Below are positions 1 through 13,330 of a stretch of 64,000 bases of DNA, piece after piece. A model generated the notes under the pieces. That model did not search any database and had not been told where the DNA came from. It worked only from the letters and a program-made list of their open reading frames with translations. Source of the DNA: Camelus ferus (lineage: Eukaryota); NCBI RefSeq assembly GCF_009834535.1, contig NC_045697.1, positions 57,228,001-57,292,000 on the forward strand, in the 5' to 3' direction. How positions within the stretch are numbered: the stretch's first letter is position 1; the number at the start of each line of letters is the position of its first letter. Position numbers and translations under genes: made by a program.

Positions 1-189
1 AGAACTGTTAAGCACTAGGTAAGATTCTCAACAAAATGCCATCAGTCTTATACTACTTTTTGGTTTTTTTACAATATGAATTATGAGTTTTAAAACTCAT
101 TTAATTAATGCATAATTAAAGTAAGCACCTATTTTCCCTATGAGAGAGAAATAAAATAATCTCATTTCCTAAAGGACCTCAGATAGCTT

Positions 190-2860
190 GAACCTGAAAA
201 AACGTAGATTGAGACACATTATAATTAATTTGTTAAAAATCAAAGACAAAGCATTTTAAGACCTGCAAGCGAAAAGAGACAGGTTACATACAAGGTAACC
301 CCCATAAGAAATTTGGTGGACTTTGCAGTAGCAACTTTTCAGGGCAGATAAGAATGAGTTGACACATTTAAAATATTGAAAGAAAATAACTTTCAGTTAA
401 GAATTATAATGTCAAAGCTATCCTACATAAACAAGCAGACAAAGACTTTCCTGAACAAACAAAAGATGAAGGAGATTAACACCAGACCTATCTGATAGGA
501 AATGCTAAAGAGAATTCTGTGAGTGAAATAAAAGGATGCTAATTAACATCAAACATTATTAAAAGGTAGCATAAATTTTGCTGGTAATGGTAAATATAGG
601 CATAGTTAGATTCTGCAATGGTAATATGGAAGGTAATTGTGGTGCAGAATTAATTTACAACTCTATTAAAAGGTAAAAAAAAGTAGCAAAAATAGCCTTA
701 ACTACAATAATCTATTACTAGTTACACAATAAAAAATATACAAGTGTTAGGTTAGCAATAACCTAAAATATGAGAGGGAGGAGAAGTAAAAGTATAAAGT
801 TTACAGATTCTATTGAGATTAAGTTGTTATCTGTTTAAAAATAGGCATTACAAGTTTAAAATATTTTATGAAAAGTCTCATGATCACCACAAGGGAAAAC
901 CCTGCAGTAATTACATGAAAGAACACAATAAAGAAGTCAAAGCATACTGATACCAAAGTACATCAAAATGCAAAAATGAGGATAGCAGGAGAAGAAATAA
1001 AGATCCACAGATCTACAAAACAACCAGAAAATGATTAATCAAATGAAAATATTACGTTCTTACCTATCAGTAATTACTTGAAATATAAAAAGTTTAAATT
1101 CTCCAGTTGAAAGACAGAATGTCTGAATGAGCTAAAAAAACAGGATCCGACAGCATGGTGTCTGTAAGAGACTCACTTCAGTTTTAAAAACACACATTGA
1201 CTAATCAAAGCATATTAGCTATACTTATATAAGGATAAAATAGACTTCAAACTAAAAATTTTAAAAGGAGATAAGGTCATTATATAATGATAAAGACTTC
1301 AATACATCAAGAGGATATAACACTTATAAATATTTGTGTAACCAACATAGGAGTATGTAACTTTATAAAGCAAAAACTAACAAAGCTTAAAGGAGAAATA
1401 AACAGTAATGCAATAACAGTTGGGGACCTTAATACCCCCCTGTGAACAATGGACAGATCATCCAGACAGAGAATCAATAGGGGAGCAGAGGGTCTGAATA
1501 ACACTCTAGATCAAATACGGACATATACAGAACATTTTGTACAACAACAGAATAAACATTCTTTACAAGTGCGCAGTGGAACATTTTTTTGGATAGTGCA
1601 TATATTAGGCTACAAACAAGTCTTAGCAAATTCAAGAAAATTGAAATCATATCAAATATCTTCTCTAACTACAATGGCATGGAACTAGAAATCAACAATA
1701 AGAGGGAAACTGGAAAATTCATGAGAACATGGAAATTAAGCAATACTTCCCTGAATAACCAATGGAACAAAGAAATTAAGGGGAAATTTTTAAAAAGTTT
1801 CTTGAAACAAATGAAAACGGAAACATAACATACCAGAACTTACAGGAGATAGCAAATGCAGTTCTAAGAGGGAAGGTCATAGCAATAAACACCTGCATTG
1901 AAAGGCAAGATAGATACCAAACAAACAGTATAACTCTGTACCATAAGGAGCTAGGAGAAAAAAAAGAGCAAACGGATCCGAAAGTTAGCAGAAGAAAGGG
2001 AATAATAAAGATTAGAGCAGAAATAACTAAAATAGAGAACAAAAAATTAATATAAATGATTAACCAAACTAAGAGGTGGTTCTTTGAAAATATAAGCAAA
2101 ATTGACAAACCCTTAGCTAGACTGAGGAAGAAAGGAGGACCCAAATGAACAAAATTATAAATAAAAAAAGAGACATTATAATTTATATCACAGAAATTCA
2201 AAGAATTATAAGAGACTACTCTGAACAACTATTCTAGGAAAACCTAGAAAGAATGGAGAAATTCTTAGAAACATAACATTTACCAAGACCAAATCAGGAA
2301 GAAATAGAAAATTTGTATAGACCAATTACAAGTAAGGATTTTGAACTAATAATCAAAAATCTCCCAAGTAAGAAAATTCCAAGATCAGATAGATGGCTCC
2401 CTAGTGAATTTTACCAAACTTTTAAAGAATTAACACCAATTCTTCTGAAATCTTCCAAAAAATTAAATGGGAAAGAATACTTCCAAGCTCATCTTATGAG
2501 GTCAGCATTATCCTGATACCAAAACCAGAAAAAAACACTTCTAGAAAAGAAAATCACTGGCCAGTATCCCTGATGCATATAAATACAAAAGTTCGCAATA
2601 AAATAGTACCAAGCCTAATTCAACAGCACATTAGAAGGATTATTCATTATGGCCCAGTGGAATTTATTTCAGAGATTCATATCATATAAATTCATATGCA
2701 TATCAGTGTGATACATCATATTAATAGAAAAAAAGGAAAGAATAATGTGATCATCTCAATACACACAAAAATAAACTGACAAAATTCAACATGCATTCAT
2801 GATAAAACTCTTAAATTAGATATAGAAGTAACATATCTCAACAAAGATAAAATCATCCAC
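190..2860 (+). mobile_element. Old L1M LINE-1 fragment: ORF1 C-terminus, long inter-ORF spacer, ORF2 endonuclease to start of RT; degenerate
   Basis: ORF1-like text from ~210 (RHIIINLLKIKDK..AREKRQVTYKG consensus), ORF2 start ~1060, RT motifs near 2500-2590 (ITLIPKP..RPISLMNID consensus). Many stops and frameshifts. Track ORFs 1449-1688, 1589-1828 and 2313-2516 are pieces of it. Confidence 0.93.
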
Positions 2861-3249
2861 AAAGAGTTTAAAAAAGGTACAGTGAGAAGAACAAAAGTTA
2901 AAGGCAAGGCCTTACTGAAGGTGAGGAATGACTGAAGTTTTCCTATGCTAAAGAGTTAAATAAGGGTGCCGGTGAACACATAGAAGATAACAGATTTGAT
3001 TTCAGAACTCATATTTCAAGAACTTTTAGTTATTAGACTTAATGAATCTGGTAAATTTTCTATTCTTTGAGCACAACCTTCAGAAACTAATTCAATATAC
3101 AGGATTAGGATACACGTAGTTGGAATTTTTAAGAAAAATAATTGATTCTGGTATCAAGTTATGTGATACAGATGTGATTGCCTTTGAAAGGAAAAAAAAT
3201 CCCTCAGATATTTAATGCCTGGCAGATTACCCATGATAACTCTAATCAT

Positions 3250-3735
3250 GGTGGGTTGTGTGCAGAATAATTCCCCCTCAAAGATGCCACTTCCCAATCC
3301 CTGGAACTGTGAATATATTACCCTACCTGGCAAACGATACTATGCGGTTGTGATTAAAGTTGAGGATATTAAAATGGGGTATTTTCCTAGATTATTAGAA
3401 TGAACTCAGTCTAATCTCATGTGTCCTTAAAAGGAAAAGGAAATGGCAGAAGTGTAGATCAGAGAGATGTAACATGAGAAAGATTTGTCCTTCTTTTGCT
3501 GTCTTTGAAGGTGGACTAACAGAATTATGATAGGTTTTAGAAGCTAGAAAAAACAAGGACATGATTTATCTCCTAGAACTTTCAGAAAGAAATGGAACCC
3601 TAATGAAATCTTGATTTTTAGCCCAGTGATATTCATGTCGGACTTTTGATCTAAAGAAATGTAAGACAATAAATTTGTTGTTTTAGTCCATGAAAATTGT
3701 ATAATTAGTTATAGCAGCATTAATAACAATAAATA
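3250..3735 (+). mobile_element. MaLR solo LTR, MLT1D-like
   Basis: cagaataattccccctcaaagatg..ctggaactgtgaatatattacc at the 5' end; aataaatttgttgttttag..ttatagcagca at the 3' end. Confidence 0.85.
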
Positions 3736-4219
3736 TAATAATAGTAACACAGATTGTCAGATATGGGTTCACTCTGAAATACAAAATCCAAAAAAAATTG
3801 TACATCCAACTTGTAGCACAGTAACTAGCTCATTTTATCAGGTACTTAATATTAATCCTTTAAGTAAATAAAGTTAAAAATGTACAAAATGCTTAGAAGT
3901 AATAGTTGAGGAGAGGACAGGATTACAGAAAGCAAACATAGGTAAGCAGGAGATAAAGTCTCCAGTTAAGTTATCTCCAGCTAAGTAAGTTTGAAATAGA
4001 ATTTGGGCCTAAAATCAAAGTTATTGTTAGCTCTAGAATTTATAGAGTCACTTAGGTAATCTCATGGTTATGCTGGTCTCTGATGGCATAAATATGTATA
4101 TTCTAGGAAAACTTCAGGTTCTTTGATTATTCTTATAAATTAGAGTATATTTGTATTAGTAGAAATAAAAAAGTTAAGATGACAATGGCAGTCTCATGAC
4201 ATTTATTTGTTACCAATTG

Positions 4220-4440
4220 ATTAATTCATTCAACATAAGTTTTGATGTTCATCTAACATGCATAAATTATACCATGTGCTAGGAATAAATCGTCAGTGGA
4301 ACAGTCATTATCTTTGCCCTCAAGCTTAAAATCTGTTTGGTTAGTAAAATTTTAATCAAATACCTATTCAAATAAAGATTTTAAAAAGGACAACTGTAAT
4401 GAGGCAAATACAGGTAGTTATGGGTGTGAATGAAGGAAAG
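4220..4440 (-). mobile_element. L2 3'-end fragment
   Basis: attcattcaaca..tgtgctagg..tgccctcaagctta resembles the antisense L2 tail. Confidence 0.6.
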
Positions 4441-4739
4441 GATGATCTGTTCATAAATTTAGGCCTGACAGTAAGCAACAGAACTTTTAGTGAGAAAGTA
4501 CTTATCTTATTTAATCTCATGCACTTGGTGCTCTCATTTTCACTAACTGTTGTAAAGCTTGTTTAAATATTGCTTTTAACCATAGTTGCTTTATTGAAGC
4601 TATTAAAAATTATCTCACCATTTCCTCTGTTCCAGCATCTCTGGCAGGTTCTATGTATCTCAGAAACATTACCCATCTTGGAAAAGGAGAGTAGCATCAC
4701 ATCTATGGCTCTGCTTATCCTTAGGAATAATATGTTGGA

Positions 4740-4872
4740 TTAGGCAAATGCAGCTTAATTATCTGAGAAATGGGCTTAACACATGTGATGTAATTTTCTA
4801 ATGGCATAGATTTGTTCAAGTGCTTTGAAAATTGTAAAATATTGCATAAATTTGAAGTATAATTACTATTAA
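4740..4872 (+). mobile_element. MIR 3' fragment
   Basis: aagtgctttgaaaattgtaaaatattgcataaatttgaagtataattact resembles the MIR/MIR3 tail. Confidence 0.45.
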
Positions 4873-5066
4873 TTTCTCAGTGCTCTGTTCCCAGTTATCT
4901 ATTCACAGGAAATTGCAAATGGGTATTAACAAATGAATGTGTAACAAAATGGCCAGGGCTGATCACAGCTTCATGAAGTATTTGTATCAAAAAAAAGCCC
5001 TAACATAAATAACTTTTTCTCCAGTGGGAGCATGTTAGAAAATGCATCATGTCTATTGGAAGATAC

Positions 5067-5584
5067 TGTTACCGAGTCCAAACTTGTTCTGCTCACCACA
5101 CAACAGACCAATAAATCAGGAGATGAGGTGTTGGGGCAAGGAATAGAGACTTTATTCGGAAAGCTGGCAGACCGAGAAGATGGCAAACTAATGTCCTGAA
5201 GAACCATCTTTCTCAAGTCAGAATTCAGGCTCCTTTTATACTAAAAAGGGGTATGTTGGTTGTTGCAAACTTCTCAGTGTAGGAATTCTTTGTTCTTGAA
5301 ATCCTTTGTTCTTGCAGCTGTCCACATGGGTCAGGTCATGGTGTCCCTGTAAAACTCCAACAAAACAATTGTTATTTTTTCTGCAATATTATCTTTATAT
5401 GAATGGAAAAGTGTTAATATCTTTAAAGATTAGAGCCTTGAAAATAAGCTATCCTGTATATTTCAGACTATAGGCAACATTCTTTTACAAAAGTTACAGA
5501 ACCAGGAAGACCTAGCCTGGGAAACAAAGCACAAAGTCAAAGGAACAGATCTAATAGGACTCAGATTTATTCTTTTCTATTACA
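5067..5584 (-). mobile_element. ERV1-class solo LTR (~518 bp)
   Basis: TG..CA ends; flanks atac/atat (4-bp TSD, 1 mismatch); minus-strand AATAAA at 5151-5156 and TATAAAA at 5234-5240. Confidence 0.88.
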
Positions 5585-6859
5585 ATATCTGTGAACATAT
5601 GGACTGTACTAATTGTCCAACTGATAGAAAGAAGTAAACTATTTAATCTATTTCCAGGAAGGCTGATGTGGCTGTTGCCATGACTGCTTCATAAGACTCT
5701 GAATTAAATCAAACACTAAAGATATTGGCAGAAATTACCATATAATATGACCCCTCCTAATAATTAAATGAATATGACATTTTTCCTTAATGACAAGAGT
5801 ATTGAGTGTCCTGAAAAATAGGGTCAGTGAAATAGAAATATTAAGAAATCTCTCCCTTTTAATAGTGGCATTATGGGACCACAGCTGAGCCTGGTTTTCA
5901 ACTTAAGTAGGAAAAAGAAACATTAACCATGGTTCTTTTGTAGATGTCAGGCATGTCTGTATTTCATCAATTATGAAAAGAGCATTTTAATGTTTATCTA
6001 ATAGCATTAAGCAGCATAAAGTATATTTTCACTAATACTACCACCAAAGTTCAAAATAACATGTTTGTTGAAATGAGTAACACATAGCTGTTACAGTATA
6101 TGCCAAGTTTCTTAAAGATACATTTATGAAAGAATAACCCCTCAAAAAATAGAACATTAACTGGCATGACACTTCTGAAACAATCAATAATGAAGAAACA
6201 AGACATAAGTGGAAGAAATAGAACTTTCATCAGCTATCAAATAAAAATACTGAGTTCACACAGCTGTATATTTTAAAAGATATTCCCTGACCAAAATTGC
6301 TAGCTGTTTCTATTATTACATGGTTTACTGTCTGGGGTCATAGTAATTTATAAAAGATTGTACCTGCTGCTTTTGAAAATATAGCTAAAATTGATTTATT
6401 TCTACTCTGTTTATTTTACAGTCTTTATTGTTTGCAGACCTCTTTTCTGCAAGGAGCTGAGAATTACATGGAGAATATGGCTACATTTTGGAAGGTAGGA
6501 TTTCAATAAGAATCTGTATATAGAACATTACAGATAAATACACAAAAGAAGGAAAGTACTAGAGAAATACGGTGCATTTACTCACATAACTTCAATATGC
6601 AATATTTTTTCTCCTTCTCTAATGTATTATTCTTTGTGTAGTTTTCATATTGCTCTGCTCCTGTCAAATCCCATGGATTGTTGGAATAGGGAACTAGTAC
6701 AGAAAAGAGAACTAAGAAACATTTTCTTCTTGTAAAATATCTCAATAAAAGAAAAAATGATCAATTTTTTCTGTCAACTCTGAATGCTTCTGTTCCATTT
6801 AGCTCAAAATAGATTATTCAGTTTTATAACTTAATTAATCAATATGATATAAACAATTA

Positions 6860-7730
6860 TAATTAGCATATTATAGCATATTCCATGTTACATATATCAT
6901 CTTTATAATTATATTTTGAATAAAAAGATGTTTCATTGTAGTGATAGTAAAAACCATCATTTTCTTGTCCAGCATTTAGATTATTCTCAATATTATGTTA
7001 TCATATGATGAACTGTCTTGTGAATATCTTTCCCTCTGGTAAATTGTTTTGCTAGAATGAATTCTTACCTCTTTGAATTGTAGGTTGGAAAAATATGAGC
7101 ATTTTCGTGACTTTTGAGTCATTTGACACACTGATTGATCAAAGGAGTAAAGTAGTGATTTACATTGCTGCTAGGAGTATATGAATTGTCAAATTTCCAT
7201 AATCTTATCAACAGTGAGGGTTATGAAAAAAAGATTTGTTGGTTTTAGGAAATTCTCATATATATACTCTTTTTGTTTGCCTTTGTAAGCCAAAACATCA
7301 GTTGTCATGAATTAGTTTAAAATTTGCATTCCCACCTATGTTAAAATTTTGTCATATTGTTTTGCAGTTTATCTATTAGATACATCTAAACACATTCTTT
7401 TAAAAGATAATTATATCTATGTGGTTCATATTTTAGCCAATTATTTTATAAATAGATTTTTTGCTTTCAATTTTTATAGAAAAAATATATACTTGTATAA
7501 TACCTATTACCTCCACACAGATATAATACCCATTTTCTTCTAGCTTTCTATAAATTTATTTAAATATTTAGCTTTTAAATCTTTCTGTACATGTGTTTTA
7601 TTGTATGGTCAAGTGTAGATTATTTTTTGTTTTTTCAAATAGCCTTGCAGTTCTCCTCAAACCACTCACTAAATTATGTTTCTTCTCTTATTTGAAGTCA
7701 CTTACTTTATAACATATTAAGAACTAATTT
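6860..7730 (-). mobile_element. Very old L1 (L1ME-like) ORF2 end/3' UTR fragment
   Basis: Degenerate antisense L1 phrases: agcatattccatgtt, catttagattattctcaata, ttttattgtatggt..ttttcaaatag. Confidence 0.6.
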
Positions 7731-8169
7731 TAAGAATTGCTAGTTTAAATTAGAAGCCTGATCTCAGAAACTCTTTAAAACATAAATTAATATATCAATA
7801 TCATTATTAGTAATAAAAATTAAAGCAAAGTGAAACCATATCAGTCTTATTTTCAAAGATATAATCCTGTTATTCTATTCCCAAAGGAGATAACCCAAAG
7901 TCAGTCAGCATCCAAGAATTCTTAGTGGTAGTCTGTCTTTTCCATTACTCTACAATTGGCTTTTTGTACTTTGACAAACTAAGAATTAAAACAGGTTATT
8001 TGTCCCCACCTTTAGTAACAGATATTATACAATGGTGAAGCAGCAAATAATGGGAAAACAACGAGTTTCCCTTTTTTATAAGGGAAGAAATAAAGTCTGG
8101 TATGCCAATAATTGAAATCCTACTGGAAAGCATGAAGAAGTCTCTCTCCGGTGGGAATAAAAAAATTGT

Positions 8170-8740
8170 ATTGTCACTCATCTGTGACTTCCTTCAGATA
8201 ACTTTTCATCCCGCTTTATCCTTTTGTGTGGCCTGGGAATCTGACTTGAATCAATGGGTTTCTTTATTCGATAGTTTCTCCTTCAGCCAATGGAAGCCAA
8301 AGCAGAAGTGTCTATTCCTTACATTTTCTTTCTGGGGAGGCTCAATGACTTGGCTACATCCTTCAATTATAAGTCACAGCTCTTGTCAGGAAAACTTTAA
8401 CACAAAATTCTCTCATTGTTTAGGTTCTGATTTTCTCTTACTCCACTCTTCTTCTCAGGCACGGAAGGAGTAGTAGCATCTGCTATTTCTGGCTTTGGGG
8501 TGACTCTGCTATTTATTTTTTTGTTTGTCTTTGTACATCTACACTTTTGTGAATGGTCTCATTATTAAAATCTTGTAAAATCACTCACTTTGAATATGCA
8601 GTGTGTTTCATTGCAGTCCTCTAATTGATTGAGTAATTGGTACTGGAAATGGTCCCAGGAAACAAACTTTCAAGATGAGATTCTTGGATTTGATTGATCT
8701 TGTACATATTTGAGGAGTGCAGAGGTCTATGATAAATGCC
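8170..8740 (+). mobile_element. ERVL LTR (LTR33-like) plus the start of the internal region
   Basis: LTR end (attaaaatc..tttgaatatgcagtgtgtttc..) near 8630, followed by taattggtactggaaatggtcccaggaaacaaac, a PBS-like start of ERV3-16A3-type internal sequence. Confidence 0.65.
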
Positions 8741-8899
8741 ATTTGGTTCTGAGAACCAGAAAAAAAAAAGGATTAAAATATTAAGACAAAAAATTCAACA
8801 GTAATATTCAATAAAACCTGAATTCAGGTTGAATAAAAGGGGTGCTAAAAATAAATTGAGAAATAATACTAATTTCAGATTTGAAGTACTCCATTCACA

Positions 8900-9290
8900 G
8901 ACAGTAGGGATTCTGGGGAAAGAGGGGATTTGAGGGAGAAAGTTGAGTTAAATTTTTGACACATTGAGTCTGTGGAGCTTATAGAATATCAGAACAGAAA
9001 TTGTATCGGAAGCTGTTGGAGATATAAATCTGAGGACATGAACAAACTCTAGGTTGAAGAAATATGTAATTCATATGCATAAAATCATCCCAGTTGACGG
9101 CATGAATGTAGATTAATTTAACCATGAAAGAGTGAATAAAAATTATGAAAATAGAGATAATAATAAGAGTTGGAAATTTTAGAAGGGCAGGACAATGCAA
9201 ATATAAGACTTAGAATGAGCAATAGTGATATCCTTATGATTTAAAGATAAGTGTTCTCAAGTAAATGTGTGTTAAATTGTCAAGATGAGT
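8900..9290 (-). mobile_element. L2 fragment
   Basis: gagttaaatttttgacacattgagtctg..ttggagatataaatctgagg matches antisense L2. Confidence 0.65.
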
Positions 9291-10062
9291 ATGCATGTTA
9301 GCTTCTAACCTGATTTAATGGTTTAATGCATATTTTACAATCACCAAACCATAAAAACCTTTGGAGGAGTGTAAGTACTGGTTTAAAAGATTTTAGTTTC
9401 TTTTTAATGATGCTCCAGAGCAAAAGTCTATTTTCAATTTAGGGAAGGAATAAAACATGAAAGACCTTTTATAGAAAATTTTAGTCACATGCAGTTTCAC
9501 ATTTCCAAGTTTCACTTGTCTAGTTAAAACCCCATTTATATTGTGAATCAAGACTTTTGTTTCTGCATGCAATACTTAATTTGCTTCACTTGCTCTGTTC
9601 ATATTTAATAAAGTAATTCTGTCCATCTTATGTCAGTAAGTATGTGTAGTGCAACAAAGAACTCAGATAGAACATAATAATTCTCTACCTTCCTGAAGCT
9701 AATGAATCTTACTTCACTCTCATTGTTCTATTTTAAATATATGACCAATAAGAGATTGGAGAATGATAAGTCTCATGAAATTTAGAGGACTTTGAGCTAT
9801 TTTAGTATTTCTTTATAATTCCTTGTGATAAGAAGTACCTGATTATTGCTAATGTATATGACAGAAATATCTGAACAATTTACTGCTTTTTAAAGAGTAT
9901 TAAGTATACAGTAATGTTGCATGAAAATCAATTTTTCAAAAATTTTTATAAGAGTAACTATCTCTTTTAACATAGAATTTATTAATAGAGGACATTTATT
10001 GTACTTCCAAATTATACTGTCTGATGCAATTGTAATTTAGTTAAGTATATTTTATACTGAAA

Positions 10063-10270
10063 CATGGTATAGTGAAGAAAATAATGCATTAATGTTACAA
10101 AAACTTTTATTAAAATTTAGGCTCTGCTACTTAGTAGCTGAATTATTCTGTGAACTTGCTTTAATCTCTAAGCCAGAATTTCCTAATTTCCATATGGGGC
10201 AGAAAACAATTATTATCAAAAGCTGTCTGTGAATAATTGGTGCTAAAGTGCTCAATAATGGAGGAAGCTC
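10063..10270 (+). mobile_element. MIR SINE
   Basis: Core ggctctgctacttagtagctg..aatctctaagcc. Confidence 0.7.
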
Positions 10271-10720
10271 TAAAACCTTTTTAAATAAATAAACTTCACT
10301 GAGCTAATGGGTAAATATCAAATTTTAAATTATCTTGATGTTTAACCTATTACTGAATGTTATTTCAGATAGACAGTAAAGTGAACATTAACTACTATTG
10401 TCTAGCATTTTTGATGGAGATTAGTTTTGAACTTTTTGCAATTGTTTAAAGAAGTTTTGATCTCAGGGAAAATTTTCTTCTCATTTAAATGGGCTTAATT
10501 ATCTTCCATTAAAAAAAAAAATTCCTGGATGTAGGAAACTCTAAATGAATTTGTATTACCTTGAAATGGAATTGAATCAGTCAGTAATATAAATATAAAT
10601 ATAAATACCAGTAGATTAATCGTACTTTTTCTTTTGTATGTCAGAGATAGATACTGTCCACTCATCATAGATTCAGAAAAACATATTTTTTCCCTTAATA
10701 TAGATTTATCATCAAACAGC

Positions 10721-10744
10721 AAAAAAAAAAAAAAAAAAAAAAAA
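10721..10744 (+). repeat. Poly(A) tract, 24 nt
   Basis: Read directly from the sequence. Confidence 0.95.
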
Positions 10745-10749
10745 TTGGT

Positions 10750-11420
10750 CTGTCACCTTTGCAATAGGTGGGGCATGTGATTAAATCTCAGCAATGGAAT
10801 GTTAGTAAATTGGTGTCATTTATTTGATATCATAATTTAAAAGTGGGAGTACTTTTCCCTTCCCTGGCAGTTTTAGAAGCCATGGATCAAATATGGTGGA
10901 GCAACAAGATGGAAAGAGACTTATTACCAAATCAAATGTGGAAGTGTGCTCACCATGCCACATGTGTGAGAGACATATATTTCTGATTTGTTACATCAAT
11001 AAATATTTTGGAGCTTTTTTTATACAGAAGCTATCACTACTTTAAACAAACATTGGTGCCAAAATTTGTGTTCTGCCATGTAAAATATCCTAAAACATTA
11101 GGCAGTTACTTAGCAGATATTGTGAGCAGCAAGGAATGTGATATTGAAAGCTAGAAAACTAGAGAATTATGTGATAGGGTGGCAAAAAAATTAATTGGTA
11201 CACAGATTGATTCTAAGTGTAATTGTTACCACAAACATACTGAGTCTATACCTCTGGAGAAGAATTTGGGCAAGAATTTTCATTGTATTTTTGCTTATTA
11301 ATAGCTGTGTTCAATAAGATATTAGAAAAAAACATGTGAGGTATAAATCTGTGTTGTTATAAACCATTCATATTTTGGGAACCTAGAGTATTATGATTTA
11401 GTCTAAGCTGATTGACATAA
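10750..11420 (+). mobile_element. Old MaLR (MLT1I/J-like) LTR, short internal piece and a second LTR 3' end
   Basis: ggcatgtgattaa..atggtggagcaacaagatggaaag; PBS-like ttggtgccaaa at ~11053; LTR tail ataaatctgtgttgttataaacca at ~11345. Confidence 0.6.
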
Positions 11421-12040
11421 AAGTGAGTTCAAGAAATTAGGTGCAGATCTTATGAAACACCAAAATATGTGTTGTCCTAGAGAGTGGTGTCATAGAACTC
11501 TGTTGGACATTGAAAATCAAATCACATTTTAAGCAGTAGAGCAATATTTGGTAAAACAGTCTCCTGCATTACTTTATGGTTGGATATGGTAACTATTGAT
11601 CTTACACACACATACATACACATCAGATTACCCACAATGATCCAGATATACTGTGGAAATGAATCTAAAAGACTAAAAGGCAAACTTTTTAGGGCCAAGG
11701 AGCTCATAACCTATGAAAAGTGATGAAAAAATGATAGAATGTGATACACACTGATAAAAGTAAGAAATAGGAACACAGTGAAGCAGAGAGAAGTAGATTC
11801 TGGTTTTTGCTGAGGATGTGAAGACATGTTCAGGAGTATTCAGAGAAAGATATCAAATGGTGAAAGTTGAGTGAGACTTTAGTGGAAAAGTTATTCCTAT
11901 CATGCCTGAGAAATAACATCCAAACTTCCAAATCATTCACAATTTTGGCAAAAGAAATAAGTAGACCTGTAGTTATACATAAAAGTACTACTTTTTTTCC
12001 TTTATTATTCTTAAAGATTTCTTTGCACTTTGGGTCAAGT

Positions 12041-12670
12041 TGATGCAGGAAAACAGATGTGGGGCATGAGGAGAGCTGTGTCCCAGGTCTCGGTTGAGCC
12101 CCTGGGACGTGCCCCGCCAAGGGTGGGTCCTTGGCTTCACGCAGGAAAGAATTCAAGAGCGAGCCACAGTTGAGTGAAGGTAGATTTATTCAGAGAGATA
12201 CATTGAAAGGCAAGAGAAAGGCCACGCGGTTTGAGGGTTGGGTGCTCAGATTAAAAGTAGGTACACACTCCATAGACAGAGTGCAGGCCATCTCTAAAGA
12301 GGGAGAGAGAGGCCACCTTGAGGCGCCATGTTGCTAGTTTTTATGGGCTTGGTGACTTCATATGCTAATAAGTGGAAGGACCAGTTAAGCAGCCTGGGGA
12401 AGGGGCTGGGATTCCCAGGAAGTTGGCCATTTCCCACTCTTTGACCTTTTGTGGCTAGCTTTAGGATTGCCGTGGTGCCTGTGGGCATGTTATTCACCAT
12501 GTTAATATATTACAATGAACATATAATGAAGCTCAAGATCTACTAGAAGTTAGATCTCTCATCATCCTGATCCTCAAGGCCTACTGGGGGTTGAATCTTT
12601 CACCATTTTGATGTTAATTGCTGTGGCTTTCCTTGAATGGCTTTGCCCTGCCCCCTTCCATCCTGGCTCA
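12041..12670 (-). mobile_element. ERV1-class solo LTR (630 bp), relatively young
   Basis: tgatgcagg..ggctca ends; flanks aagt/tagt; minus-strand AATAAA at 12185-12190; GC- and CpG-richer than its flanks. Confidence 0.9.
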
Positions 12671-12745
12671 TAGTATCTTTAGCACTTAACATACTACCTA
12701 GCAAATGGGAAGCTCATATTAAGTGTTTGTTAATTAAGTTCATGA
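12671..12745 (+). mobile_element. L2 3' tail
   Basis: atctttagcacttaacatactacctagca..aagtgtttgttaattaa. Confidence 0.5.
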
Positions 12746-13089
12746 AGTAATGAAACTAGACATTGATCTTTTTCTTCCTAATAGTCTAGAAATATGCTAA
12801 TTATAATGAAATTACATTTGAATACCTTAGCAAGTCAGATAGATAACAATTTTAGTGACAATGCCAATTTCAAACTGTTGCAATTCAGAAAAAGAAGCAA
12901 AAAGATTTCCTGAGTCTCATTTCACATATTACATTAAAGTACCAGTTTTGTATTTTGTCTCTTTTATTTTTATTATTTTATTTTGAAAGTAGATAATTAA
13001 TGCCCAGCATATCTCTAAAGGAAGGCCCAAGCCCCTGGACTTACAGTAAAACTAGTGTATGATTAGGGATAGCACATAAAGTGCTGATG

Positions 13090-13330
13090 ATTTACAAGTT
13101 ACCTCTAAACTAGTTCTAAGTGATTTACAAGGGATTGCCTCACAAATCCCTAAGAGTTAAATATTTCGGTTCACATTCACATTCTGAATAACCTTATTTT
13201 GCAGATCAAAAGCTCACACATGAGAGGTAAGATAATGTGCTTAATATCACACACTTAGTAAGTACCTAAGCTGCAGCTTGAAACAGACCATTGGACTCAA
13301 AAATATATGTTCTTAATAAAGACATTATGC
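13090..13330 (-). mobile_element. MIR SINE
   Basis: ccttattttgcagat..gagaggtaag..atcacacacttagtaagt. Confidence 0.7.

Noticed and set aside
1776..2228. 150-aa hydrophobic ORF resembling a membrane protein
   Set aside because: Reverse complement of A-rich L1 ORF2 sequence.
10721..10744. A24 tract as a possible retrocopy tail
   Set aside because: No adjacent upstream poly(A) signal, TSD or mRNA-like body seen.
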